Of a stretch of DNA of 64,000 nt, positions 7,699-17,700 are shown piece after piece. Under the pieces are notes generated by a model. It was not told where the DNA came from. It saw nothing but the letters and a program-made list of their open reading frames with translations, and ran no database searches. This DNA comes from Acidimicrobiales bacterium (GTDB taxonomy: Bacteria > Actinomycetota > Acidimicrobiia > Acidimicrobiales > VFJN01). How positions within the stretch are numbered: position 1 is the stretch's first letter; the number at the start of each line of letters is the position of its first letter. Location of the stretch: contig DASSCS010000038.1 of assembly GCA_035697515.1 (NCBI GenBank), positions 3,400 to 67,399 on the forward strand, given 5' to 3'. The position numbers and the translations under genes were made by a program.

Positions 7699-9513
7699 TC
7701 ACCCGCGGCCGGCGCTCGTCGCCCCGGCGACCCCGGTCGGTCGGGACCCCGCCGCCTCGGACCGGCGCTCGAGCGAGCGCAGGCCCGGCGCCCGCCGGCG
7801 CAGCACCGCGACCGTCGCGGCCAGCGGCAGCGCCACGAAGCCGGCCAGCACGGCCCAGCCTTCGACCGGGCTCCCGGCGAACGCGGCATGGTGCGGCGAC
7901 GACGATGACAGGGACAGCGCCAGGTGGTCGAGGTCGAGTGCCCGCCCGAGCGACTCGAACGCCCAGCGGTTGGCCAGCCAGAGGCTCATAGCTCGGCCCG
8001 GGCCCGCCATGTCGGGGACCGGGACGATCGCCCCGGCGAACAGGACCTGCGGAAAGCACAGCATCGGCAACGCCAAGGTGGCCTGCGCCGCGTCGGTGAC
8101 CGCGGCCGAGGCGAGCAGACCGAGGGCGAGCGCGGCCAGTGCCTCCAGCACGAGCGTCACCAGAAGTGCGACGTACACGCTCCCGGCCGCCGGCGGCAAC
8201 CGGTCGAGGACGCGCAGCACGGCGAGCATCCCACCGGCCACCACCAGGAGGATCGGCGCGAGGACGGCCACCTTCGAGCCGACGTACGCCGTGAGGTGCA
8301 GGCCCGCCAGCCTCTCCCGCCGGAGGATGGCCATCTCGCCGACGACCTGGAGCAGCCCGTAGGTCAACCCGAAGAAGAACCCGGCGAACGCCAGCCAGAA
8401 CACCGTCTGCGTCGCCTCGCCCGGCGACAGCGCGGCGGCGTCGAACGCGCCCGGGCGGAACAGCACGGCCATCATCGTGATCACCAGCGCCGGCGACCCG
8501 ACGAGCACCGCGAGCGTCAGCCGGTTCCGGAGCAGCAGGTCGGCGCTGCGCCGGGTGAGCACGGCCCACTGGCGGAGCGGTCCCGGTCGCCGGTCGGCCC
8601 GCGGGTCACGCGGGCCGGGTCGGCCGCCCCGACCGGGCCGGCCCGGCACGGACGGCGGCGGTACCGGCGTCGGCGCGCCGGGCACGTGCCGCGCGTCGCT
8701 GGGCCGCCGGACCGACGCGAACCGCTGCGCCCATGCCTGGGGGGTGTCCTCGAGCGCGAGGCGCTCGTAGGCGACGGTGAGGTCGCCGGTCGCGAAGTGT
8801 CGCCGCGCGTCGGCGGGGGTTCCCACGAAGGCCAGGTACCCGTCGCGGGCGAGGAACACGATCCGGTCGCACAGGTCGATGTCGCTCGGGCTGTGCGTGG
8901 TGAGGACGATCGTCGTGCCGGCACCAGCCAGCCGCCGCAGGAGCCTGAGCACCTCGCGGGCGGTCGCCGGGTCGAGGCCGGAGGTCGGCTCGTCCAGGAA
9001 GAACACCGCGGGGCGCGTGAGCAGCTCCACCGCGATGCTCGCCCGCTTGCGCTGCCCGCCCGACAGCGACCCCACGCGGACGGTCGCCCGCTCGGTGAGG
9101 CCGAGGGCGGCGAGCGTCTCGTCGACGATCCGGTCCACTGCGTCCGCTGCCGTGCCCGCGGGGAGCCGGAGCTGCGCCGCGTACCGGAGCGTCTGGGCCA
9201 GCGGCAGGTCCCGGTGGACGATGTCGTCCTGGGGGACGTAGCCGACGTCGGACCGGTCGTGAGCGCCGGCGATGCGCACCTCGCCCCCGGCGGGCGGTCG
9301 GATGCCCACCATCGTCTCGAGCAGCGTGGTCTTCCCCGCCCCGCTGCCCCCGACGATCGCGACGACCTCGCCCGGCGCCACCGAGAACGAGACGTCGTGC
9401 AGCGTGGGGCGACCCTGCGTGACCTGCGTGACCTCGACCACCTCGACGGCGGCGCCGCTCGAACGGCGGCTGCCGGCGACGCTGGCGGTGGTCGGGTCGG
9501 CGGCTGTGCGCAT
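7699..9513 (-). CDS. ABC transporter, fused ATP-binding and ABC-2-type permease (ABCG-like half transporter)
   Basis: Walker A GGSGAGKTT, signature LSGGQRKR and Walker B FFLDEPTSGLD, then a Pro-rich linker and about six TM helices. Start set at ATG 9513, preceded by AGGAGGG. Confidence 0.85.
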   Translation of the reverse strand: MRTAADPTTASVAGSRRSSGAAVEVVEVTQVTQGRPTLHDVSFSVAPGEVVAIVGGSGAGKTTLLETMVGIRPPAGGEVRIAGAHDRSDVGYVPQDDIVHRDLPLAQTLRYAAQLRLPAGTAADAVDRIVDETLAALGLTERATVRVGSLSGGQRKRASIAVELLTRPAVFFLDEPTSGLDPATAREVLRLLRRLAGAGTTIVLTTHSPSDIDLCDRIVFLARDGYLAFVGTPADARRHFATGDLTVAYERLALEDTPQAWAQRFASVRRPSDARHVPGAPTPVPPPSVPGRPGRGGRPGPRDPRADRRPGPLRQWAVLTRRSADLLLRNRLTLAVLVGSPALVITMMAVLFRPGAFDAAALSPGEATQTVFWLAFAGFFFGLTYGLLQVVGEMAILRRERLAGLHLTAYVGSKVAVLAPILLVVAGGMLAVLRVLDRLPPAAGSVYVALLVTLVLEALAALALGLLASAAVTDAAQATLALPMLCFPQVLFAGAIVPVPDMAGPGRAMSLWLANRWAFESLGRALDLDHLALSLSSSSPHHAAFAGSPVEGWAVLAGFVALPLAATVAVLRRRAPGLRSLERRSEAAGSRPTGVAGATSAGRG

Positions 9514-9621
9514 GACATCCCTCCTGGAGGACGAGGATCGATGCCCTGATCGTCCGCCCGCCACGGGGCCCAAGCTTGGAGGGAGTGAGGAGAATCCGGG
9601 GAGGTCCCGACCGTGCTGACG

Positions 9622-10626
9622 CTACGAGCGCGCGTCCGGCCCGTAGGACGGCGGGATGCTGCGGGCGACGGCATATCCCGTGCACTGGAAGCCGGCGCCC
9701 ACCCAGAAGGGACGCGACAACGGGTTGGCCGGCATGAAGTCGACGGACACCGAGTGGAAGCCGTGACGATCCGCCCAGTCCAGGGCGGCCTCGACCAGCG
9801 CGCCGGCGACGCCCCGTCCCCTGGCCGAGGGATGCGTCGCCGTGGCGCCGATGAACGGCTGCCCGCCGGGGCACAGCCGCGGCGCCGAGTAGTCGAGCTC
9901 CAGCGTGAGGAGGCCGACGTCTTCGGCGCCGGCGCGGGCGAGGAGGTGCACGGCACCGGCATCCAGCAGGCGCTGGTGACGCTCGCGGACCTCGTCGAGG
10001 CTCGAGGGCCGCTGAGGCGAGTAGATGGGCGGTGTGGAGCGATGCACCATCTCGATGTGCGACAGGCTCGCGATCGCGCCGAGATCGTCGCCGTCGGCGA
10101 TCCGGACCTCGACGTCGGGCTCCGGCTCCCGGCGCCGCGCCGGCTGCGTGCCGAAGACTGCGGTGCGCCCGAAGCCGAGGTTGGCGAACGCTTCTCCCAG
10201 AGGAGCGCGATCGACATGCGTCGCGTGGTGGTACAGCGCACCACTGTCGACGAGCTGCGGGGCCAGCTGCGCATAGAGGCCGACGAGCACGCTCGTCGGA
10301 TCGCCCTCGGTGGGATCGACGGCCAGGCCGTGGGCAGGCAGGACCGCCAACTGGGAGCCGAGGGCCCGCCCACACAGGACGCCGACACAACGGCCGCCGC
10401 GGCGGGCCACGAAGCCGCGACCCCCGTCGGCGACCAACGCGTCCAGCGCGCGGTGGCAGCGCTCCGGGTCGTCGCCCTCGGGGGGGAGGGCGGGGCATCG
10501 AGCCCGCGCCGCGGTGTGCTCCCGGGCGATGAGCGCCGCAGCGGCAGCCAACGAGTTGGCGTCCAGCACCTCGATGTCCGGCGTCGCCTGGTCGGCGGCG
10601 GGGCGACGGGGACGGTCCGCGGACAC
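9622..10626 (-). CDS. GNAT family N-acetyltransferase (two-lobed)
   Basis: 334 aa. The C-terminal lobe carries the acetyl-CoA motif HPSARGRGVAGALVEAALDWA. Confidence 0.75.
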   Translation of the reverse strand: MSADRPRRPAADQATPDIEVLDANSLAAAAALIAREHTAARARCPALPPEGDDPERCHRALDALVADGGRGFVARRGGRCVGVLCGRALGSQLAVLPAHGLAVDPTEGDPTSVLVGLYAQLAPQLVDSGALYHHATHVDRAPLGEAFANLGFGRTAVFGTQPARRREPEPDVEVRIADGDDLGAIASLSHIEMVHRSTPPIYSPQRPSSLDEVRERHQRLLDAGAVHLLARAGAEDVGLLTLELDYSAPRLCPGGQPFIGATATHPSARGRGVAGALVEAALDWADRHGFHSVSVDFMPANPLSRPFWVGAGFQCTGYAVARSIPPSYGPDARS

Positions 10627-10638
10627 GCGATCGCCCCC

Positions 10639-10842
10639 CTAGAGGTCGAGCTCGGGCGGGTGCGCCAGGCGCAGCCGGATCGGGCCCGTGACGAGGCCGT
10701 CGGCGGCGACGCGGACATGGTTCTCGTCGGGGATCTGCGTGACGGGATCGTACCGGCAGACGTCCAGCACGACGATGGCGCAGCCCGGTCGCCCGGCCGC
10801 GCGGCGTCGGACCACGGCCGCCGCACCGCCGCGTTGGAGCAA
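10639..10842 (-). CDS. Small hypothetical protein (start uncertain)
   Basis: 67-codon ORF between the M28 and GNAT genes on the same strand. Nearly all codons end in G/C, as in real genes here. TTG start and no recognisable family. Confidence 0.25.
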   Translation of the reverse strand: MLQRGGAAAVVRRRAAGRPGCAIVVLDVCRYDPVTQIPDENHVRVAADGLVTGPIRLRLAHPPELDL

Positions 10843-10873
10843 CGAAGCGGTGTCGGCGGCCGCCGTCCGAGCG

Positions 10874-12133
10874 TCACTTGATGGCGCGGTTGCCCTTCAG
10901 CGTGAAGTCGATGGTGCCGCTGCCGCCGCCCTGCGCGGTGCCGTTGACGGCCGAGGTGGTCTCGGCGAACGTCAGCGTCGCATGGGCGATGGCGTCGGAC
11001 ATCTGGTCGAGGGCGTCGTCGCTCAGGTTGTCGATGGTGTCACAGGCCTGGTGGTAGCAGGGGTCGTAGGCCACCCCGGCGGTGCCGCCGTAGACGGCGG
11101 CCTGCTCCGCGGTCTTGATGCCCTCGGCCCCGGTGAACAGGCCTCCGGCGGGGATGCCGTTGTTGATGAAGGCGAAGTAGTCGGAGCGACCGTCGAACTC
11201 CGCCGGTTCGGTGGCCAGACCCTGTGAGGCGAAGTAGTCGAGGAACACCTGCTCGACGCGGGCCGAGCCGTTGGGGCCGGTGACGCCGAAGGCCGAGCCG
11301 TCGCCGTCGTACACGAAGCGGACGAAGTTCGGTGAGCCGACCATGTCGAAGTTGAGGTTGACCGCGTGCTCCTTGAGGGCGCGGGCGTCGAGCTGGGAGA
11401 CGTAGTACTCCGAGCCGATGAGGCCGTCCTCCTCGCCGCCCCAGAAGGCGAAGCGCACCCGGTTGGTCGGCTCGATGTCGAGCGCGGCCATCTGCAGCGC
11501 CGTCTCCAGGATGGCCGACGAGCCGCTGCCGTTGTCGTTGATGCCCGGCCCCTCGGCCACCGAGTCCAGGTGAGCGCCGACGACCACCGTGCGGTCGGTC
11601 CGTCCGCCAGGGGTGTCGGCGAGGACGTTGAAGGTGGTGGTCGACCTGACCGTGGCGTCGACGGCGACACGCATCGACAGCCCGGTGGTGGTCGCCAGCT
11701 CAGCACCGAGGGCGAAGCTGGTGCTCAGGGCGGGGATGGCGGCCACCGGCGGGTCGAGCGTGCCGAAGAATAGGCCGAGCCGGTCGTCGCCGGGAACGAC
11801 GTTGCCCTGGTTGAACACGATCACCGCGCTGGCACCGGCCGCGGCGGCGTTGTCGACCTTGTCGCGGAAGAAGCAGGTGCCCCGCTGGATGAGGGCGATG
11901 CTTCCCGGGGTGAACCCGGCGAAGTCGGTGGCCTCGCAGCCACTCGTCGAGGCCCGGTCGCCCGCGAGGTTGACGTCGACGACCTGCACGGGAGCGGTGA
12001 CGTCAGCGGAGCCCGAGTAGTCCATCGCCGCGAAATCCTCATCCGCGACGTAGACGGTGGGCGTGGGTGCCGTCTGCTCCATGGCGCTGGAGTTGAGGAT
12101 GAACTGCTCGTAGGTGAACTCCTGCCTGCTCAC
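10874..12133 (-). CDS. M28 family aminopeptidase with PA domain, apparently 5'-truncated (possible pseudogene)
   Basis: Metal and active-site motifs are present (VVVGAHLDSV, NDNGSGS, FAFWGGEEDGLIGS, NFDMVGSPN), as is a PA domain (GSIALIQRGTCFFRDKV). The first usable start is GTG 12133, but homologous in-frame sequence continues upstream to a TAG at 12326-12328. There is no start codon or signal peptide in that stretch. Confidence 0.75.
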   Translation of the reverse strand: MSRQEFTYEQFILNSSAMEQTAPTPTVYVADEDFAAMDYSGSADVTAPVQVVDVNLAGDRASTSGCEATDFAGFTPGSIALIQRGTCFFRDKVDNAAAAGASAVIVFNQGNVVPGDDRLGLFFGTLDPPVAAIPALSTSFALGAELATTTGLSMRVAVDATVRSTTTFNVLADTPGGRTDRTVVVGAHLDSVAEGPGINDNGSGSSAILETALQMAALDIEPTNRVRFAFWGGEEDGLIGSEYYVSQLDARALKEHAVNLNFDMVGSPNFVRFVYDGDGSAFGVTGPNGSARVEQVFLDYFASQGLATEPAEFDGRSDYFAFINNGIPAGGLFTGAEGIKTAEQAAVYGGTAGVAYDPCYHQACDTIDNLSDDALDQMSDAIAHATLTFAETTSAVNGTAQGGGSGTIDFTLKGNRAIK

Positions 12134-12413
12134 CAGGTACCCGGCATCGTCGAGCAGACCCTCGACGTAGGCGCCCGAGGCCTCGTAGCCGGGCGTTCCC
12201 GCGGCGCGCGTGCCGCCGTTGGCGTTCGCGATCGCCTGGAAGGCCTGCTCGTGGGCGAGGATGCCGTCGACCGTGACGGCGTCACGCAGCGCGCTCGAAT
12301 CGGTGCCGTTGTGGTGGTGCAGTCGCTACGTGTGACTCCCTGCCCTCCGCACGGGGGTGTCGTTCCGCCGACGTGGCACCACTCAGGGCGGCCGTGCGGG
12401 ATACGGTTCCTGC

Positions 12414-12443
12414 TGCACTGTGTGGTGACACCCACACAGTGCA
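12414..12443. promoter_or_regulatory. 12-bp perfect inverted repeat TGCACTGTGTGG-N6-CCACACAGTGCA
   Basis: Read directly. It is the only long mixed-composition dyad in the gap between the truncated M28 gene and the sugar dehydrogenase gene, 37 nt before the ATG at 12480. Confidence 0.45.
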
Positions 12444-12450
12444 TGGGGAA

Positions 12451-12479
12451 GCGGGGGAGGACGGACGCGGGGGAGGACG
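12451..12479 (+). repeat. Tandem duplication of a 13-nt Shine-Dalgarno-containing unit (GCGGGGGAGGACG x2, period 16)
   Basis: The sequence reads gcgggggaggacg-gac-gcgggggaggacg-ATG. The second copy abuts the start codon at 12480. Confidence 0.6.
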
Positions 12480-14777
12480 ATGCCAGGTCTGCGGGAACCA
12501 TGCGGGCGGCATCGAGGCCGGTGGGCACCCTCGCGGCGGCGCGCGGCGCTGTCGGCCGCGATGACGCTCTGCCTGATCGCGCTGGCGGGATGCGACCTGC
12601 CCGACGGCTTCCACGACTACGTCGTCTTCTCCGATCTGTCCCGCCCGACCGCGATCGAGTTCTCACCCGACGGCCGCATCTTCGTGGCCGAGAAGCGCGG
12701 CGTCGTCAAGGTCTTCGACGGGATCACCGACCGCACGCCCACGGTGGTGGCCGACCTGCGGACCAACGTCTACAACAGCTGGGACCGTGGCCTGCTGGGC
12801 CTGGCGCTGCATCCCGACTTCCCGGCCACCCCCGAGATCTTCGTCTCGTACACCTACGATGCCGAGCCCGGCGGGACCGCTCCCCGGTGGGGGCAACCCG
12901 GCGCCGACGCCGACACCTGTCCCACCCCGCCCGGGCCCACCGACGGCGGCTGCGTGGTCGGGGCCCGCGTGTCGCGGCTGCGCCTCCACAAGCAGGACGG
13001 CGTCATGACCGGTGGCGAGCACGTGCTGGTCGAGGACTGGTGCCAGCAGTACCCCAGCCACTCGATCGGCACCCTCGTGTTCGGCGCCGACGGGGCGCTC
13101 TACGCGGGTGGGGGCGAGGGCGCCAGCTTCGACTGGGCCGACTACGGCCAGGGCGGCAGCCCGCCGAACCCGTGCGGCGACCCCGGGGCCGGCCCCGACG
13201 GCGTGATGCGCCCGCCGACCGCCGAGGGGGGCGCGCTGCGATCGCTGGACCTGCTCACCCCCGGCGACCCCGCAGGGCTCGGCGGCACGATCATCCGCAT
13301 CGACCCCCGCACCGGCGACGCACTGCCCGACAACCCGCTCGCCGGCGCAACGGACCCGAACGCCCGGCGCATCGTCGCCCAGGGCATGCGCAACCCCTTC
13401 CGCTTCACGGTGCGGCCCGGCACCAGCGAGCTCTGGGTGGGTGACGTCGGCTGGCGCACGTGGGAGGAGATCAACGTCACCCGGGGCGACGACGGGCAGG
13501 TCGACAACTTCGGCTGGCCGTGCTTCGAGGGTGCCGCGCGCACACGCGCCTACGACCTGCTCGACCTCGACATGTGCGAGGACCTCTACGCCGAGGGCGG
13601 CGTGACCGCGCCGCGCTACCAGTTCCAGCACGGCCGGCAGGTCGCCGGTGAACGCTGCCCGACCGACCGCGGCTCGTCGATCACCGGGCTGGCGTTCACC
13701 CCGCCGGGCAGCCCCTACCCCGGCGAGTACGACGGCTCGCTCTTCTTCGCCGACTCCAGCCGCAGGTGCATCTTCGTCATGCTCGCGGGCGGCGACGGGC
13801 TGCCCGACCCCGGCCGGGTCACGTGGTTCCACCACAACGCGGGAACGCCGGTCGAGCTCGAGACCGGGCCCGGTGGCGAGCTCTGGTACGTCGACCTGCT
13901 GGCGGGGACGATCCACCGGATCGGCTACTCGGCCAGCAACGCACCGCCCCAGGCGGCGTTCAGCGCCTCGCCCACCGCCGGAGACCCGCCGCTGACCGTC
14001 ACGTTCGACGCCAGCGCGTCGGGCGACACCGACCCCGGCGACGTCCTCAGGTACGCCTGGGACCTCGACGGCGACGGCGAGCTCGACGACGGCGACGGCC
14101 GCACCGCCACCGCAACCTACGACTCGGTGGGCACGCGGACCGTGCGCCTCGCGGTGACCGACGCCGCGGGGGCCACCGACACGGCAGAGGCGACGATCTG
14201 GGTGGGGACCGCACCGGCTGTGCCGACCATCGCGACGCCGGCGGAGGGCACGACCGCGGCCGTGGGCGCGACCGTGCCCTTCTCCGGCGGCGCCGCCGAG
14301 CCCGGCGGGGGAGACCTGCCGCCGTCCGCCCTGTCGTGGTCGGTCGACATGATGCACTGCATGTCGGTCGATGCCTGCCACCGGCATCCCGATGTGGCCA
14401 CCTTCGACGGCGTGGCATCGGGGTCGTTCGTCATGCCCGACCACGAGTACCCCGCGTACGTCGAGCTGCGCCTGGTCGCCACCTGGGAGGGCGAGACGGT
14501 CACCGCCACCCGGCGGGTCGACTACCGCACAGTCGACGTGACGCTGGCTGCCGACACCGGTGGCGTCGCCCTCACCCTGGCCGGCGAGACGGCGCCCGCA
14601 CCCTTCGCCCGCCCTCTGCCCGAGGGCAGCACGGTGACCGTGTCGGCGCCCGAGGCCGTGACGAACGCGAGCGGCACGTTCGCCTTCGCCTCGTGGTCGG
14701 ACGGGGGCGCCCGCACCCACGAGATCGTCGTCCCCGCCGCGGCGCCGACGCTGACCGCCCACTACGTGCCCGGGTAG
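12480..14777 (+). CDS. PQQ-dependent sugar (glucose/sorbosone) dehydrogenase-like beta-propeller lipoprotein with PKD domain
   Basis: RR-containing signal with lipobox LIALAGC. GSDH-type motifs are present (PTAIEFSPDGRIFVAEKRGVVKVF, GLLGLALHPDF, HSIGTLVFGADGALY, GMRNPFRF). A PKD repeat (LTVTFDASASGDTDPGDVLRYAWDLDGDG) is followed by an Ig-like tail. Confidence 0.85.
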   Translation: MPGLREPCGRHRGRWAPSRRRAALSAAMTLCLIALAGCDLPDGFHDYVVFSDLSRPTAIEFSPDGRIFVAEKRGVVKVFDGITDRTPTVVADLRTNVYNSWDRGLLGLALHPDFPATPEIFVSYTYDAEPGGTAPRWGQPGADADTCPTPPGPTDGGCVVGARVSRLRLHKQDGVMTGGEHVLVEDWCQQYPSHSIGTLVFGADGALYAGGGEGASFDWADYGQGGSPPNPCGDPGAGPDGVMRPPTAEGGALRSLDLLTPGDPAGLGGTIIRIDPRTGDALPDNPLAGATDPNARRIVAQGMRNPFRFTVRPGTSELWVGDVGWRTWEEINVTRGDDGQVDNFGWPCFEGAARTRAYDLLDLDMCEDLYAEGGVTAPRYQFQHGRQVAGERCPTDRGSSITGLAFTPPGSPYPGEYDGSLFFADSSRRCIFVMLAGGDGLPDPGRVTWFHHNAGTPVELETGPGGELWYVDLLAGTIHRIGYSASNAPPQAAFSASPTAGDPPLTVTFDASASGDTDPGDVLRYAWDLDGDGELDDGDGRTATATYDSVGTRTVRLAVTDAAGATDTAEATIWVGTAPAVPTIATPAEGTTAAVGATVPFSGGAAEPGGGDLPPSALSWSVDMMHCMSVDACHRHPDVATFDGVASGSFVMPDHEYPAYVELRLVATWEGETVTATRRVDYRTVDVTLAADTGGVALTLAGETAPAPFARPLPEGSTVTVSAPEAVTNASGTFAFASWSDGGARTHEIVVPAAAPTLTAHYVPG

Positions 14778-14781
14778 CCGG

Positions 14782-17700
14782 GTGGCTCGACACACGCGGG
14801 ACGGAACTCGCGTGGCTGGGGTGGGAGCACGGCGCGAAGATCGGCGGGTGCCGTTGACCGGCAGATCGCCACCCCCGACGACCAGGTCGTTCGTCGGGCG
14901 CGCGCGGGAACGGACGCTCGTGCGGCACCTGCTCGCCGGAGCGCAGAGCGGACAGGCGTGCATCCTGGTGATCTCCGGCGTCCCAGGGTCGGGCAAGACC
15001 GCCTTCCTCCACTGGATCGGTGAGCAGCTCAGGTCCGCGGGCGCCCAGGTCCTGCGAACGTCCGGTACCGACGCTGCGCTGCCGCTGGCGGCGGTGTCAC
15101 GGCTCTGCGCCGATCTGCCCGAGACGCTCGATGCCATCCGGGGCGAGACGGCACCAGGGCCGCTCGCCGCGGCTGGCGTCGGCCTCGATCGTGCCCACGA
15201 CGGCGTCTCGCATCCCGGGCGCGTGGCGACGGTCGTGTCCGACGCCGTGCTGGCCCGCTCCCGCCGCCGGCTGACGGGGGTGCTGATCGATGACGCCGAC
15301 GAGCTGGAGGCGGCATCGCGGGAGGTCCTGCGCCACGTGCTGAGCGCGGTCGACGATGCGGCGGTCGCTGAGCTGCACCTGTTCGCCGTCGTCACGACCC
15401 ACGCCTCAGGAGGGCTCGGCGAGCATGCCGCTCGCATGCAGGTCGCGCGGTACGTCGAGTTGAGCGGCCTCGACGAGCACGACGTGTTCGAGCTGACCCA
15501 CCGGGCCGGCCTGGCGCCCACCCCACAACTCGTCGCCGCCTTGATGGACGACACCGGCGGGTTGCCGCTGCTCCTCGACGCCGAGCTCGCCCGGCGGGTC
15601 GACGCGCGCGATCACGCTGGGCGGACTCCCGACATCCGCGCGGACAGCGGCCGGGTGCGGACGGCGTCCCAAGCGGTCGCCTCGCGGCTGGGCACGCTCG
15701 ATCCGGAGGCTCGGGAGGTGCTCGCTCGTGCTGCCGCGCTCGGCGAGCCGTGGGACGTCGATCAGCTCGTCCTCGTGGGCGATCGTACGAGATTGCACGT
15801 CGAGCGGACGCTGGAGTCAGCCGAGCACGCTGGTCTCGTCCACGCCGGACCCGACGGGCACCGGTTCTCGCACCCGTTGGTGCGGGTGGAGCTGCTTGCG
15901 GGCCTGTCAGGGCCTGCTCGGAGGAGCTTGCACCGCGCGATCGGGGAACGGTTGCTGCAGCAGGATCCCCACCACGACGAACTGATCGTCCGGGGGGCGA
16001 TGCAGCTACTGAGGGCCCTGCCGGACGTCGCCATGCCGGAGTTCGCGACGATCGCGTGCCGCGCCGGCGAGGTTGCCATGCAGTGGGGCGCATGGCACCA
16101 GGCGTCGCGACTCCTGGGCGCCGCCGCCGAGGCGCACGACGAGCTCGGATCGCCACTCGGCACGGTGGCCGCCTGCTACCTCGAGGCCGGCCGAGCCGCC
16201 TTCCTCGACCATGACACCGAGGCCAGCGAGCCGCGGCTCCGGCACGCCCATGCGCTCGCACAGAAGGCCGATCGGGTCGACCTGACCGTCGAGGCGGCGC
16301 TGCTGGCGCTCCGCCTGCAGCTCGCGGAAGGGTGGGCCGGCCCGGGCGACAAGCTCGACACGGCGGATCTGGAGTTGGCCAGGGACCAGCCCGGCGTCGA
16401 TCCGGTGGCGGCGGCAGAGGCCGACGCCATCCTCGCCGAGGCGCTGTTCCTCACCGGCGAGACGGACCGGGCGCTGGCGCTCGTGGCCTCGGGTCGCGAG
16501 CGGCTCAGGGATGCACGCACCGAGCCGGAGGCCGACTACGTCTTGGCACGGATCGAGATCTCGGAGGGCCTGCACCGCTTCGGCCGGCTCGAGCTCGGTC
16601 CGGCGGATGCGTGCTTCGGTCGAGCCGCCGACCATGCCGCCCGCGGCGGAGCCACCGTGGCGGACATCGGCGCCCGCTCTCGACGCCAGCTCATCCGCAT
16701 GCTGCGAGGCGACGTCACCGGGGCTGCCAAGGACCTCGACCGGCTCGAGCGCTGGGCCCTCGACGCCCGCTGCTGGGGTGAGGCCGGTTTCGCAGCAGCG
16801 CTCCGGGCGGTCGCCAAGACCCTCGCCGGCGACGACGACGCGGAGCTCCAGATCGAGCGGGCTGCGCGGCTCCTTCGCCGCAGCGGCCACGCGTACACCG
16901 CCACCATCCTCGCTCCCACCCGGTCGGCTCTGGAGGCTCGCAGTCTGGGGCTGCGCAGCCAACGTTCCGACATGGGCCCGGTCTCCTCGGCGGCACGCGC
17001 CCTGGCGGCGGTCGAGGCAAACGATCCGACCGCCGCGCGAACCGCCCTCTACTCCGCGCACTGGCGCGACGGGTTCGTCGGACCGGTCTCGGCCAACAAC
17101 ATCGCGATCGCCGTCGCCCTGGTGGAGGTGGGAGACCTGTTGGGGGTCAGCGACCTCGTCGCGGTCGGCGGGGCCCCGCTCGCCGAAGCGCAGCGCGCCG
17201 GGCTGGTCGCCGCGCTGGGCTGGCCGGCGACGGTCCCACGCTTGCTGGGCACGGTGGCGCGGCACGGCGGGGATCTTCGCCTGGCGCACCATTGGCTGGA
17301 GCGGGCGCGGGCACTCGCCGAGCGCGAAGGCCTCAGACCCGAGCGGGCGCGGGTGCTGCTGGAGCTCGCCAGGGTGACGGCGGCGGAGGGTTCGCCCCTC
17401 GAGGCCGTCGAGGCACTGCTGGGCGCGGCGGCCCGTGATTTCGACGAGCTGTCCATGCATGGGTGGGTGGCGCGTTGTGAGAGCACGGCCCGTGCGCTCG
17501 GCGTCGCCAGCGCGCTTGCGGCCATCGGAGCATCGATGGAGCGGACGATCCTGACCACCGACATCGTCGGCTCCACGATGACGAACTCCCGCCTCGGCGA
17601 CGCCCTCTACCTCGAACAGCTGCGGATCCATGACCACCTGCTCCGCGCCCGCATCCGTGAGTTCGCCGGCAAGGAGATCAAGCACACCGGTGACGGCCTC

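Noticed and set aside
12480-12560. Moving the sugar dehydrogenase start to the internal ATG at 12561 (MTLCLIALAGC), because the first 12 codons have atypical A/T-ending codons
   Set aside because: That would leave only 10 residues before the lipobox Cys and remove the Arg-rich n-region. The duplicated SD abuts ATG 12480, so the upstream start was kept.
12663-15554. 963-aa ORF on the minus strand spanning the sugar dehydrogenase and the start of the STAND-cyclase gene
   Set aside because: It is antisense to two genes with clear family motifs. Its translation is Arg/Gly/Pro/Ala-rich with no motifs, which is a typical shadow ORF in high-GC DNA.
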